A stretch of 64,000 nucleotides of DNA. Origin: Anthoceros angustus. Its lineage: Eukaryota; Plantae; Anthocerotophyta. The translations under genes were made by a program, and so were the position numbers. Below the pieces are notes generated by a model. The model was not told the origin of the DNA, made no database searches, and worked only from the letters and a program-made list of their open reading frames with translations. Of this stretch, positions 12,615-24,917 are shown piece after piece; within the stretch, counting starts at the first letter, position 1; each line of letters begins with the position of its first letter. Where the stretch lies: positions 2,666,001 to 2,730,000 of the forward strand of contig VJWM01000025.1 in the NCBI GenBank assembly GCA_010909165.1, given 5' to 3'.

Positions 12615-14235
12615 GCTCTTGTTTTTGTTACGTGAGTGTCCCAAGGCCTACAAGTCGATAATCCGAACGAGTCCATTGTGCTTGCAAGGAGTGTCGTTTT
12701 CCTCGAACCACATGTTCCTTCCTCAGCTGTTGAATCTGTTATTATAGATCCCAATCTTGATGCTTCACTAGATACAGCTGTGGATTATCCTCTGGATGAC
12801 ACCGAACCTGATGCTCCTGGCCCTGTTGCAAGCAACCCTATACCTCATGTAGTTCCTATCCCACCTATACCAGGTGATGTTGATCTTGATGTGGATATTG
12901 ACTTAGATCCACCGGGTTCTGAAGCAGAGGGGGAAGATCAGCAACAGGATGCTAACGACGATCAGCATGAGTTTGAAGTCGATCAGTTTTTACCTGATAA
13001 TGTTGCCAATGCTGCTTCCGATCCGGAGGATGAAGACGAAGAGCCAGCTTCTATCTTGCGTCGATCCACTCGCCATCGACCACCTCCTGAAGAATGGAAT
13101 GAACCCCGCTATCAGTCCATAGACTTTCGTACTCACCTTGCAGACCCTTCTCTTCCTGATGAGCCAACCACTTTGACCCAAGCCTTCACTGGCCCACAGT
13201 CTGAGTAGTGGAAGGCTGCAATGGAGGACGAGTATCAATCTCTTGTGAAGAACAAGACATGGCAGCTCGCAGACCTCCCACAAGGACGGAAGGCCATATC
13301 CTGCAAATGGGTTTTCAAACTTAAGTTAAATGCCAAAGGTGAAGTTGCACACTATAAAGCACGGCTTGTTGCTCGTGGGTTCACGCAGGTGGAAGGCATT
13401 GATTATCAAGAGACATTCTCACCTGTTGTAAGAACCCAGTCTATTCGGATCCTTCTTGCTTACGCTACAGAGCACGACCTGGATCTTCAGCAGATGGACG
13501 TCTGCACAGCTTTCCTATATGGTGCTCTTGATGAGGAGTTGTACATGATCCAGCCTGAAGGTTACGAAGACCCTGCACACCCACATAAAGTGTTAAAACT
13601 TTTAAAGTGCATCTATGGCCTTAAGCAAAGTGGACGAGTATGGTATATCACCATGCACCTATATCTGCTGAGCATAAAGTTTGTTCAGAGTAATGCTGAC
13701 ACAAATGTGTATAAACTTACCCAAGGGTCTTCGATTGTCCTACTTGCCCTGTACGTCGATGACACGTCCTGCTTACCCTGTACGTCAAAGACATTGGTGA
13801 CCTCAAGTTCTGCTTGGGCATACAGCTATTACGAATTCAAGAAAAGGGGCTGATGTTCATACATCAATATAAATATGTTAACGAGATCCTCAAGAAGTTC
13901 CATCTTGACCAGGCCAGGCCAGCAACTACACCTTATGCCACAGGTACTAAGCTTACATGCTCCCAGTGCCCACAGACAAAAGAAGAAATCAAGGATATGC
14001 AAGACGTACCCTACAGGCACGCAGTCGGCAGCCTTTTGCTTGTTGCCAACTAGACCAGGCTAGACATACAATATGCAGTTAGCACAGCTTCCCAGTTTCT
14101 TGAGAACCCTGGAAGAATGCACTGGATTGCTATCAAGAGAGTATTTCGCTATCTGAAGGGCACAATGAAATATGGGCTTATGTACAAACGTAGTGGTGAG
14201 TCCAAGCTAACCCTCACCGGTTTCACAGCTTCTTT
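12615..14235 (+). mobile_element. Ty1/copia pol fragment (integrase C-terminal tail, acidic linker, reverse transcriptase); pseudogenised, no LTR seen
   Basis: WKAAMEDEYQSLVKNKTW, KAISCKWVFKLK, YKARLVARGFTQVEGIDYQETFSPV, QMDVCTAFL, YGLKQSGRVW, LALYVDD, PYRHAVGSLL, HWIAIKRVFRYLKGT. In-frame stops and a deletion after YVDD. Confidence 0.95.
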
Positions 14236-14339
14236 ATGCTAGAGCACCCGGATCTGGCCCTCCAAACACGTCCCTCCTACCGTGCACCGGCCTTGTCACT
14301 CCTTATTCACCCAAGACCCTGGCCTACTAGCATCGTCTT

Positions 14340-14880
14340 CTCTAATGTCACATCACAGTCTGGTTACGCATCAAATAAAATTTTGAGGTAGGAAATCACA
14401 GCATGGAATGGGTCTTGGCCTCACCTTGCAGCTATACATGTACATGAGATCCCGACATTCTTCCATCGCATTCCCTAACTTCACATCATAGTCTGGTTAC
14501 GCATCAGCTGAAAATTTGAGATAGGAAATAACAGCATGGAATGGGTCTCGGCCTTCCCTTGCAACTACTTGCAGTTGTACATGTACACGAGATACCCCGC
14601 CATGCTACTATCGCATTCTCTAACATCAAATCACACTAGCTAGTTACGCATCAAATAAAATTTTGAGGTAGGAAATCATGATTGGAACAGGTCTTGGCCT
14701 GACCTTGCAATGCTCTGCAAGAACAAGATCTGCTTGCGGTGTATACTTGATCCCGCCCTGCCACTATCCCTTCATCAACGTCATGTCACACTGGTTATGC
14801 ATCAGCTGAAAAATTGAGACTGGAAATCACTGCATGGAACGGGTCTCTACAATGAAATCACAGCATGGAACGGGCCTCCT
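14340..14880. repeat. Four-unit tandem repeat (~135-155 bp) with alternating variants
   Basis: Core gttacgcatca...ttgag..aggaaatcacagcatggaa.gggtct near 14360, 14495, 14640 and 14795. Confidence 0.85.
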
Positions 14881-14909
14881 CCTCTTCCTTTCACTCCCCC
14901 CCTCCTCCT

Positions 14910-16420
14910 CTGGCATCATTCCGGAGGTTGGCGTAGTGCAAAAACGCTCTGGCTTTGTGGGTGTAGTTGTGGATCATGCAACCGACCACGTGAACGGAAA
15001 TGCGACAGTCTTCATCTAGATTTTTTGGCCACCTCAACATGTGCGGTATCTCTGTCTTCTTCTGGTCCATGCCATCGATACATAGTAAAATATACTTATG
15101 TGGTTCCACATAACTCTTGCTCCGGTGTTTTGTCATCTTCACAGGCTCTGCTAAAAGTCGCTCGCGGTGGTCGTCCAATGCTGTTTGATATTTCTCTGCA
15201 TATAATATTCACACCATAGTATGTGAGTCCCTTTAAAGATGACAATTTCCAAGGTTAAAAAACACAGTAAGATGTACATCAATCAACGTTGCCATCATCA
15301 CCCTGCGGGATGTGCCTATGGCATTGACACCGCCAACTTCACCTTCCTCCCCACTCTCCCAATGACCGACCACAAAGGATCTAATGGGAGGAACATATTT
15401 GTCAGGCATTTCCAAATGCATGGAAGGCAGGATACAAGGGCTGGGCGTATCCGCCTTCCTCGTCGTCGGCAAAGAATGCTTTATAGGGGCGCCAGCCAGG
15501 CTCCCGAGGACATAACCTCATTACTTCAAGCTCAACAGATAATGTAAGTGTACATCGCATGGGGCCCAAGCAATGTGATAGGCACATGCATGGGTTCCCG
15601 GTCAGCAGACCGCCGGGCGCCTCATGACTGTGGGACCCGTCCACAAATAATGCTAAGGACGTATGGTATGAGACATATGGTGGGCGCCGGTCAGCCGGCG
15701 TCCACCACAGCATCTGACACTGGACGCGGGGGGCATATTGACATAGTGGACATAACATATTTTGGTGCCATTGAGGGTTTGGCCTACGCAGTTAACCACC
15801 CTCAGTATGCTGGAAAACATGGGATAGGGAAAAGAATGTTACTTACCTTGATCAACCTTTGAGATTGTAATTCGTATAGTTGTTTTCAATCCAGCGCAGA
15901 GCGAGCAAGTAGAGAATCTGTTGGACTTTGGAATCTTTACCGTTGAAGGGCGCCCATAGCTTCAAGAATCAGCGATGTCACATACCGTCCTCGCTTTGTT
16001 GACAATGCCGCCTATATTCACCCCAAATTTCTAGTTTTGTGTATGTGTCGGGGAGGTTGAAGACCTCGATATTTGGAAGTCTCTCAGCCATGTTCAGGAA
16101 AGCATTGTCCATCCACGCTATGGCACTTAAGGCATGGTGAGACTACTGTTTTGGATTCGGCCTTATAGCATCCCATGGTGCATTCAGTATGACTCTACTC
16201 TTCAACTCTTCATACCTGCTGTGGCCGAGGCAATACACTCTTCTGAAGACGCGCAAGCACCATCGGAAAGATCCGTCCCCAGAAGATGAGTAATAACTTT
16301 GGCATTCCCCAGCTCTTGTCGCACAACCTGTATCAAGGATTCCAAAAATGTTTCCTGCTCCTGCATCCCCATCCGTAAATAGCGATACCGTTGTTCACGA
16401 GGCGAGAGGCTGCCAAGCCG
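14910..16420 (-). mobile_element. Sola-like (DUF7869-type) transposase remnant, copy 2, 3'-truncated
   Basis: REQRYRYLRMGMQEQETFLESL (~16400-16335); TVKIPKSNRFSTCSLC (~15943-15896); intron ~15846-15197 with GTAAGT donor; KHRSKSYVEPHKYILLCIDGMDQKKTEIPH...VHVVGCMIHNYTHKARAFLHYANLRNDA, paralogous to copy 1. Confidence 0.7.
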
Positions 16421-19400
16421 TCACAGACCCTGAGCACTAGGGTTTTGGGCTCTGCTTGTAGGAAGAGGCGGTGCCTCTTGCCTAGCCGACCGTGCGGGAA
16501 AAGGAGATAGGCTGGAGACTAAGAGCAGAGGACCGGGAACTAACCCATGGGGAGGACTCGCAAAAGACATCGGGGTCCAGGCGCACCGCCCTAGAGATTT
16601 TGAGTTTGTCATGCCTGACTAAAGATCACATACAATATCAAACATTGTTACTATATGTTTCTCCGAACATTGAATGCGTCTTCAAATGAGGGTCTTACTT
16701 TAACGGTCAATTAGTTGTTTCACACCTCCTAAATGTGTTCCGCTACTGCATAAATAAAAAAGTTTTGGAGGTATTCTAGTGACTATTCCTCATATGATTA
16801 TTGCATCTTGAGCGTTAACTAATCCGAGTGTTTTCCAATTTAATGCTTGTTTCTCCATTACTAACTATTTTACCTACAATCCTTTAAGTTTCTCAACTTA
16901 ATAACTTCTTAGTTCTCCTGCATTATGTTACTTCTAGATTAACTTGTCAAAACTATCATGTAAAGCAGGCATGGCTATGCCCCACAATCAATACTCTTAC
17001 TAAACACGACCATTATTTCTTAAAACAATAGTCTCTTAAACAAAATCCTCAATATCATCTAAGCTGCAATCACAGTGTTCTAAGAAGCTACACAGACTTT
17101 GATTTCAAGTTGCCCGAGCTGTAATGTGAGCATCGTATATGGAAAGAAATCAATAATTAATATGTTGAAAAAAATAAACCAAATATATATGAAGAAAATA
17201 TCACTAACACATCAACTTATGTACCGAGAATAATATTTGTTTGGGTACATACTAGTATTTTTTTGTACTGGGTTGTCCACTTCGTATTGTATAATATCAA
17301 TAGACATGGGTATAAGCACACATTTATGCTCTCAGACAAAGGCCCTCCCTGATGAAGAAATTGCAATCTTCATCTTTCGAGTTTAAAAAACTTATATTTT
17401 TACTTTTTGATTAACAACCTTAAGGTTGTTAGGTAAAGTTTTATGAATCTGTACCTAGGTCTTTAACCATATGTGTGCATTAAGATGTCGTCTTGCATGC
17501 TTGTTATCGAGTGTCCTCATGAAGCACTTGGAATTCACCATTGCATTTTGATGAATATTACCTTTACTGGATAGTCATGCACATATATGTAGTGCACTTT
17601 CAACCTCAAGAGGCGTTGAAGATCACGAAAAATATAAAAGTTTCACAAACTTTGTTGGGCAGTAAAGTTATGTATGTTCGTAACTTGTTATCACAATGAT
17701 AACAAGTTATGTGTACAAGCTGTAAACATTCAAATCCCGAGTATATGCTCATGCATGCATTAATATCTAGCGAAAAGCTAAAGAGCTATGTGTCTCCAGG
17801 CCCAATAGACACACATATATAAGAACTCCATTTATCAAGCATCATGTGTTTTGATGGGGTGCCTAGAGGGGGTGGACGCCCTTGGTGCAAGTAGCTTGGG
17901 CACACCATGGTACAAGTTGTTAAGACCAAGTTCCATGACAAAAAAAATTCCATCCAAGTAAACTATAATAGACTCTTCTATAATGAAGTAGTTGCACTAG
18001 CATAGTGGTAAGTATTCCCCGCCTAGTGAGTGACCCGGTTGGATCTTGACGCTTGTAGTATAGTAGATTGGATTGATTATAAAAAGTAGTTGTTTGTAGT
18101 TGGACTACAAATTTCTTCCTTCTTCTTTCCATAAGTTGGTAACGTTTGGTGCGGCTAGGCCCCAGGCTCTTGGCCCTTTCATGGGTTGTCCCCTAAGTTC
18201 GGGGGTAGATGTAGCTGCACCCCTGGCTCTTGGCCCTCTAGTGGGTTGTGCCCCCTAGGTTCGGGGTAGATGGTTTTCCAATCTCTTCTTTTCAATCAAG
18301 TCTCCATTGTTACTATTTGGTGCAACTGAACGAGCCGGGAGGAGGCAGAGTGATCCGGGTAAAAGTAGCACATTATAGAACGTGAGAGAAACTGCGGCCC
18401 ATAACGTCACCCAGAGTTGTCTGTTTGTGACAAGATAAGACAGGTCTCGCACGGCCTTTGGAGGTCTAGTGGCTCGAGGATTGAAAAGCCAACTTCTGTC
18501 TACTGTGTCAAATCCATGCACACAGTACTGCTCCACGTCAGAAATGTCTGATCTGTGTCATGTCTCAGTTTCTGCTGTAAACTGTAGTCCCTGAGTGTCT
18601 CCAAATCCTTTATCCCGGTTAACTAAACGACGTCGATGATATCTATGCCTGTCAGTACATGGTGAGGTTACGTTGTGGATCAAGGACCAGTGACCAAGCA
18701 TCGGGATGGGGAAGAAGGGCGGGGAGCGAAATGAGTAGATTAAGGGCAGGATCCCAGAAAGCAGTCAGTTCAAACAGTTCTGGAACATTCTGAGCAGCTT
18801 TGTCGAACATTCGGGATCCGCGCCCGCAAAGTATGTATGGCCAAAAAAGATGCGTCGGAAAGTGCAATGAAGAGGGATGCAGCAGGTGTCGTCACGGCTA
18901 TGGAGGTTCAGAAAGCAAATCAGCACGCAAAGCAAACTTTTGTCCAATGTTTGTCAGAGCGGTGTCAGGGTTCTGCGTGTACGAGCTGCATCAGACTGGT
19001 CACACACGTCCATCACAGATGAGTGATGTACAGGTATGACGTCGTGTATGTATTATGTATGTCCTGACAGTGAGAGCAATGAGAGAAAGGTACGCCCTTC
19101 CTAGCCTAGCCTGCCTATGCCTAGCCTACTCTACCGAGTCCAGAGAATGGATCCTCCTGGGAACAAAAAAATGAACAACAATGCAATGACCCTCACGTCT
19201 CTCCACCGTGCAAGCAGAGGGCGCTGGGCAAAAAATGCCTGACCTAGCCTGAAGGAAGTGTGACTCTATCACCAAGCAGGGAGTGAGAAAAAAAAATGGG
19301 CAGTCAATATCCCCTGAGGATGAAGTGCGCGTCTGACTGCTCAGGGGATGTACTACACTCTGTCTGTCTGGTCCTGCGGAGGATCTGTGCAGGAGATTGA

Positions 19401-19827
19401 ATGGCTTGTCAAGTTCTAGTCACGGACTATGGACAGTGGGAAAGAAATGTAGGGAGGCCATGGCCCATTGGCCCCTGTGATGAATGCAGGCAGATGGAGT
19501 GCAGCTTCACGTCGAGATCACTAGCCTGGAACTCACTCCTTCCCTTCCCTTCCTTCCTTCATGGCAAACCTAACCTAATCAGGTACCTTCTCGTGCAGCT
19601 AGCTCCATTGTCAGCAGCTGGTGACGTTCGTCATCTCCACTGTTTGACGTGACCAGCCCATGGCCTAGGCCTGAGAGTCGACAATGCATGCATTAGGCTT
19701 GGAAAATCCCTCCGTCAAGCCTTGTGCTGTTGCCGGGAAAATGCAGCAGCAGTAGTGGTTGGAGAGTATGTAATCCGAATGGCATTGCAGCCATTGAGCT
19801 ATTCACAGACTGTATTTCATGCACAAG

Positions 19828-21411
19828 TCATAGGTCGTCCCACAGCTTGGGATCCGCAAAGGAATCGCCTCCAATGGCGTCGTCGAAGGCGTCCGCTCCT
19901 CCAGGCTGGTGCCCTCCCAGCTGCATCTGCTCCAGCGCCAAGGCCTGCCGGAGCTCCAGCTCGTCCAAATCCAGCTGCAAGCACGCGCCCGGCGCACTGC
20001 ACGTGCTGCTGCTCACCATAGCCCCTAGCGCTGCTCCTGTTCCGCTTCCCGCATTGGCATTGGCATTTGCAAAGCTCTGTCGCTGCTGTTGTTGCTGTTG
20101 TTGCTGGTGTTGCTGGTGTTGCTGGTGTTGCTGGTGTTGCTGGTGTTGCTGGTGTTGCTGGTGTTGCTGGTGTTGCTGGTGTTGCTGGTGTTGCTGGTGT
20201 TGCTGGTGTTGCTGTTGTTGCTGGTGTTGCTGTTGTTGCTGTTGTTGCCGCTGCTGCTGCTCCTGGACCTGGAACCAGTCGTGAGCCGTGGAGAGACGGG
20301 AGGATGTGGCTGTGGCTGCCGTGTCCCCGAGAGAGTCCAGAGCTGAATCCACGAGGTCCCCGGACAGCTCCCCCCGCGGGCTCATGCTCGCCCAGAACTG
20401 CGCGTCCGGATGCATCAGCATTTGCTGCTGCTGCTGGCGCTGCTGCTCCTGCTGCATCATCTCGTGCTGCAGCAGCTCCATTTCCATCTTCATCTCGTGC
20501 TGCCGCAGTATGTGCAGCTCCAGCTGCAGCTCCAGCTGCTGCTGCTGCTGCTCCAGCTGGAAGTGCCCCAATTCCGCCTGGCCGTGCCTCCTCTGCAGCT
20601 GCACCTCCATCTGCTGCTGCTGTGTCTGCAATCGTTGCTGCTGCAATTCCTGTTGCTGCTGTTGCTGCTGCAATTCCTGTTGCTGCTGTTGCTGCTGCAA
20701 TTCCTGTTGCTGCTGTTGCTGCAATTCCTGCTGCTCCTGCAATTCTTGAAGCTGCTGCTGCGGCTGGAAATGCTGGGACTGCTGCTGCTGGTGCTGCAAA
20801 TGTTGCGAATGCGAATGCGAGAGCGAGTGCGAGTGCGAGTGCGCCTGGGCCTGAGCCGCCCTGGCAGCAGCCGCCTGAATGGCCTTGGACGACAGCTTGC
20901 AGCTGGAGCTGGCAATGGGCGGCGGCTGCAACTCCGGCCTGGAGTCAGGAAAATTGAGCCACGCATTGGGACCCCGCAAACACACAGCCGCCATGTCGTA
21001 CGCCCTGGCCGCCATCTCCGGCGTGGCAAAAGAGCCCAGCCAAATCCTGGACCTCTTGTGCGGCTCCCGAATCTCCGACACCCACTTCCCCCACCGCCGC
21101 ATTCTCACGCCCCGGTACTGCTTCCCGGTTCCGCCATTCGCATTCGGCCCCAGCAGGCTGCTCACTTGCTGCTTCTTGCAGGGGCTCCCGCTCTGCCTGT
21201 CCACCATGGTCTTCCCGGATTCACCTTCCTCCGAATCCTCCTCCTCCAAATCCCCAAACTCCGCCTCCGCCTCCGCCTCCGCCTCCTCTCCTTCCCACGC
21301 TCCCAACCAAACCTCTCCCTCCCGCTGCTCCTCCTCCTTCTCCTCCTTCCCCGTCTCCTCCGATTCAGCGTCCGCTGGGCCTTTGCCTCTGCTGCCCTGC
21401 GGCCTGCTCAT
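19828..21411 (-). CDS. AP2/ERF transcription factor, DREB subfamily (TINY/A-4 or A-5-like), with long polyQ and (QQH)n tracts
   Basis: Intronless 527-aa ORF. AP2 domain [57 protein letters not shown] carries the DREB-type Val/Glu. Followed by [14 protein letters not shown] and a C-terminal DPKLWDDL. Confidence 0.95.
   Translation of the reverse strand: MSRPQGSRGKGPADAESEETGKEEKEEEQREGEVWLGAWEGEEAEAEAEAEFGDLEEEDSEEGESGKTMVDRQSGSPCKKQQVSSLLGPNANGGTGKQYRGVRMRRWGKWVSEIREPHKRSRIWLGSFATPEMAARAYDMAAVCLRGPNAWLNFPDSRPELQPPPIASSSCKLSSKAIQAAAARAAQAQAHSHSHSLSHSHSQHLQHQQQQSQHFQPQQQLQELQEQQELQQQQQQELQQQQQQQELQQQQQQQELQQQRLQTQQQQMEVQLQRRHGQAELGHFQLEQQQQQLELQLELHILRQHEMKMEMELLQHEMMQQEQQRQQQQQMLMHPDAQFWASMSPRGELSGDLVDSALDSLGDTAATATSSRLSTAHDWFQVQEQQQRQQQQQQQHQQQQQHQQHQQHQQHQQHQQHQQHQQHQQHQQHQQHQQHQQQQQQQQRQSFANANANAGSGTGAALGAMVSSSTCSAPGACLQLDLDELELRQALALEQMQLGGHQPGGADAFDDAIGGDSFADPKLWDDL
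20090..20260. repeat. Coding 9-bp minisatellite (GCTGGTGTT)n encoding QQH repeats on the minus strand
   Basis: About a dozen perfect units plus flanking CAG/CAA codons. Confidence 0.95.
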
Positions 21412-22970
21412 TCATCCAATTCGGGCGCAGCGGGCCGGGCGGCCAATGGGGGCAGGATCGGGATCGGGGCCGTCACCTGGCACAGCAGCGCGCGCACACA
21501 TGGGCCGGGCGCCGAGCGCCGGGCAAGGCCGGGACGGGACGGGACTGGATTCCGCTGCCTCGATTCGACTCCGGACTCTGGCTGGCCGCTGGGCTGGATT
21601 GCTGATTGCTGATTGCTGGCTTGGATCGATGGATCGATGGATCGACAGGCGCCGCGGCCCGGCACTCCGGCTGTGAGGGGAAGTTGCAACTTGTGCTCGA
21701 CAGTTGGTGCTGGCTGGTCGGGACCATATATCTCACTCCTCCTGGCACCACGGGGGTACGTGGCGCAAAACCCACCCCCGGGCCCGCTCGCGCCGACGCG
21801 TGTCCCCGGGCCCGCCTGCTGACGACCCCAAATATCGCGCACGGTGTGCTCGGCCTCACCAAACCCCATACCCATACGTGGCCCAGCGATCGCGCGCGGA
21901 GTTTCACGACCCGCCACCTGCCCCCTGCCCACGAGCTGCCCGAATCAAAAACGCGCCCTCACTGCGGCCGCGGCCGCGGGTCCGGACCCGGGCGTGCAAC
22001 CTCATGGAATCAGGACGCGCGGCCCGCCCCGGTTCGCTGCAAACCAGCACGTGCCTCCGGCTCCGGCAAGCACAACGAGAAGATGGGGCCCGGCCTGGCG
22101 GCTTTCGCTTGGCTTCGCAGAATCGGACTCCCGGCTTCACAGACAGACACATGGACTCGCCCTTCCATTTCCGAGCGCGACCCTTCTTCCGTCTCCTGCA
22201 GCTCTGCTGCCGAGCCACAACCACACCCCGAAACGGTCCCACACACTTGCAACGACTCCTCCCAGCTCTCTGCAGGGCAGCCAGGAAAATGGATTCAATT
22301 CCTGCCTAGCAACGGCAGACGGAAGCGACCAAGGAGGAGGCGTTGGGATATTTTCCTCTTTCTGGCAGTTGTTTCGTCTCTCTGCACAAGCTACTGGACC
22401 ATTCAATGGAATTCAATGCAAAGCTTGACTTGACTGGAGCATTGGTTGTGTGTACATGTGGAAGTACTACTGGGCCTGCTTGTGTAGGAGAAACCCCCTG
22501 CATGATGAGCTCCGAGTACGGGTGGGGCACCAGCAGAGGGACAGGAGGGCGAGGGAGTGTCGCTTGCTCCATGGACGGGAGCAGCCTCCCTCCGACTCCC
22601 TCCTTCCAGCTTCCCCTCCACTCACTTGTGGGGGGTTTTTGTCCTGCTCTACTCCGGAAGGTGCTGCAGGCAGGACAAGGAGCAAGGAGGTGGCATTCAA
22701 TGGAAGTGTTGGCAAGGAATGTGACACAAAGCAGAATTCTGAAATGGGGAGGTGGATACCGGATCGGAGCGGCTGCTGCAGGACCCCTGTTCGACGGCGG
22801 GCTTCGACTCCGACCTGGACAAAGGAAGGCTCCTCGGAAAATAAGTTACTTGCTCCGGAGGGCTTCCCGGCTTCCTCTTCACTGCACATGGCTGCCTGGT
22901 GCTAAGAGATGCTGGGTAGGTGGGTGATAAAGTGATGTGGGCGCGCGCGCGTGTGTGTGTGTGTGCGTCT

Positions 22971-24544
22971 TCAGGTGGGGCTGGCGGTTGCCGCCTTGTA
23001 CTCTGGACTGTTGACATAAGTTAAAGCCTCCTCCAGCACCTGCTTCATCCTGTGCACAGATGGCCGCACGTCTTGGTGTTTCAGGTATATTTCCTTCACA
23101 GTGGCCCACCCCAGGTCTGCTATGCTCTGGGGATCCCTCAGCACCGGGTCATCCTGGTCGTACTTGTCGCTCAAGGAGCTCTCCGAGGGCTCGATCTTGT
23201 AGGGCAGGTAGTGGAGGCCCAGCTTGGTGGCAGGCTCGCCGTAGTAGGTCCATGCAGCCCAGTCTGTGCCCAGGGGAATGATTTGGATGAACACAGCCCC
23301 CGGCCTCATGAACAGGAAGTGCGTCATGGCAGCACCATGCACTCCCAGCATCACGTCGCAGGAGTCCAGCACCTTGTACATGTCACGCAGCTCCATCGTC
23401 GCATCTGGTATGAGGAGCCTGACAGCAAACCCTACTTGCTGTGCACCAGCTTCGATCTGCTCCAGGTTCATGATGATCCGGCTGTCGTTCCTGGCCAAAA
23501 TCACTAGCGTCGGTCTGCCTGGATGCATCTTCTTCATTTCATTCACTGCCGTGCTACTCTCCTCCGCCCCACCGCTGTACGCTCGGTCCAGAACAGCTCG
23601 AAATCCTCTGATGCTCTCCCCGCCAGGCATGAGCTCCGGCACCACAGCCAGCTCCTCGTGGAAGTGCACCCCGACCGTCACCTCAGGGAAGCAGTGCACT
23701 CTCCCGTCCCCTTCCAGATCGATCACCTCATGGTTGGTGAGCTGCCTCACCACATCCCGGTACTTGGTGAACCACCAGTCATGGTACTCCACGATGATGA
23801 ACACAACCTCCCCCTTCAGATGCTGCGAGGTCACGTACACAGGAATCAGTCCGTCGTTGAACTCGTGGTACACATTCCCAGTGTATCCCCCGGTAGTGAA
23901 CACCACGGCCGGAACTGTGTGATTCACATCGCACTCTGGAGCATGCTTCATCTCTTCTCCAGATCCCCTCACGCTCCTCAGCACCACCTCGTGCACAGAA
24001 TCCATGGTGCTCTGCTCCCACTTCCTCGTGTACGGCCTTATCCTCTCCTCCCCCAAGGAAGTGTTCTCCAGAGCTGTGTACAGCACGAACCTGCTCAGGC
24101 TTCCCACCATGCGCACATCCCCCTTCATCGTGCACACATCCGTCCTGTAGTGCGACCGATCGCAGGAGAAGACTTCACCTCTGTGCATTCCCGGCAGAAC
24201 CGGCACCCTCAGCCTCGCCTTCCCTGCGACAAGACGCGAATTAGGGTTGCTGCATCAAGAACGTCAGATTCCTTCCAACTGCAACTGCAAGCGAGCTCTG
24301 CGCCTGCGACAAGGGAAGCAGGCAAGCCCTGCTATGCTACGCTTCATCCACCTGGGAGTAAGCCGGGAAGCGAAGCCCGCATATTGAGCAGAGCAGTGAG
24401 GAGGACCACCATGATCAACACCAGCGCACCCACCAGCCGGAGTTGCATCCCCTTCCTGGGCTGCTGCGCGAGACGGGATCGGAATCCCGGCATGTTGGAA
24501 GCGACTCTGAAAGCGAACGCGGGGCTGTCCCGCCCTTTCCTCAT
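22971..24544 (-). CDS. Glycosyltransferase family 61 (DUF563; xylan arabinosyl/xylosyltransferase-like), 2 coding exons
   Basis: CDRSHYRTDVC, IRPYTRKWE, PAVVFTTGGYTGNVYHEFNDG, VMLGVHGAAMTHFLF, type II TM segment LVGALVLIMVVLLTALL. Intron 24351-24224 (GT-AG) keeps the frame. Start codon uncertain. Confidence 0.93.
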
Positions 24545-24917
24545 TGCGAGCTCACCAGCCAGTCCAAGTCCGGGGAGCCGGTCCAAGGGACATCGCCGTT
24601 CGCATCCGATCTCACCGATTGCCTGCACCCATCGGATGCGATGCGAAGGATCCCCGAAGGATCCGACGACACGCAACCGAGCTGTCAGCCTTCGGCACAT
24701 CCGGCTTTCAGGAAAGTAAAGTTCTAGTAACTGCCTTCTCACCTGCTCCTCCGCAGACGCACGCGAGCTGCTATTTGCGTGTTTTGCTTTGGGAAGCATG
24801 CCCTTCACACGTTTTCATTCGTCTGGCTGGATTTGTACGTTTCTCTGCTGTGCAAAGTTTGCCATACTCTCGACACCATGGATGGGAGGCATCCCAGGAA
24901 GACGGACACAAGTGTTT

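Noticed and set aside
16700-18280. AT-rich block and a ~60-bp tandem duplication at ~18160-18272 as a possible MITE or Helitron
   Set aside because: I could not find termini, a TSD or a coding remnant.
19724-21676. Long plus-strand ORFs with CCW, VAG and poly-Leu repeats (19724..20284, 20067..20957, 20410..21612)
   Set aside because: They are antisense shadows of the CAG/CAA/CAC repeats in the AP2 gene.
22941-22968. (GC)n(GT)n alternating tract with Z-DNA potential
   Set aside because: A short ordinary microsatellite with no evidence of function.
23052-24719. Long plus-strand ORFs overlapping GT61
   Set aside because: Antisense frames of a GC-rich gene, with no recognisable domain.
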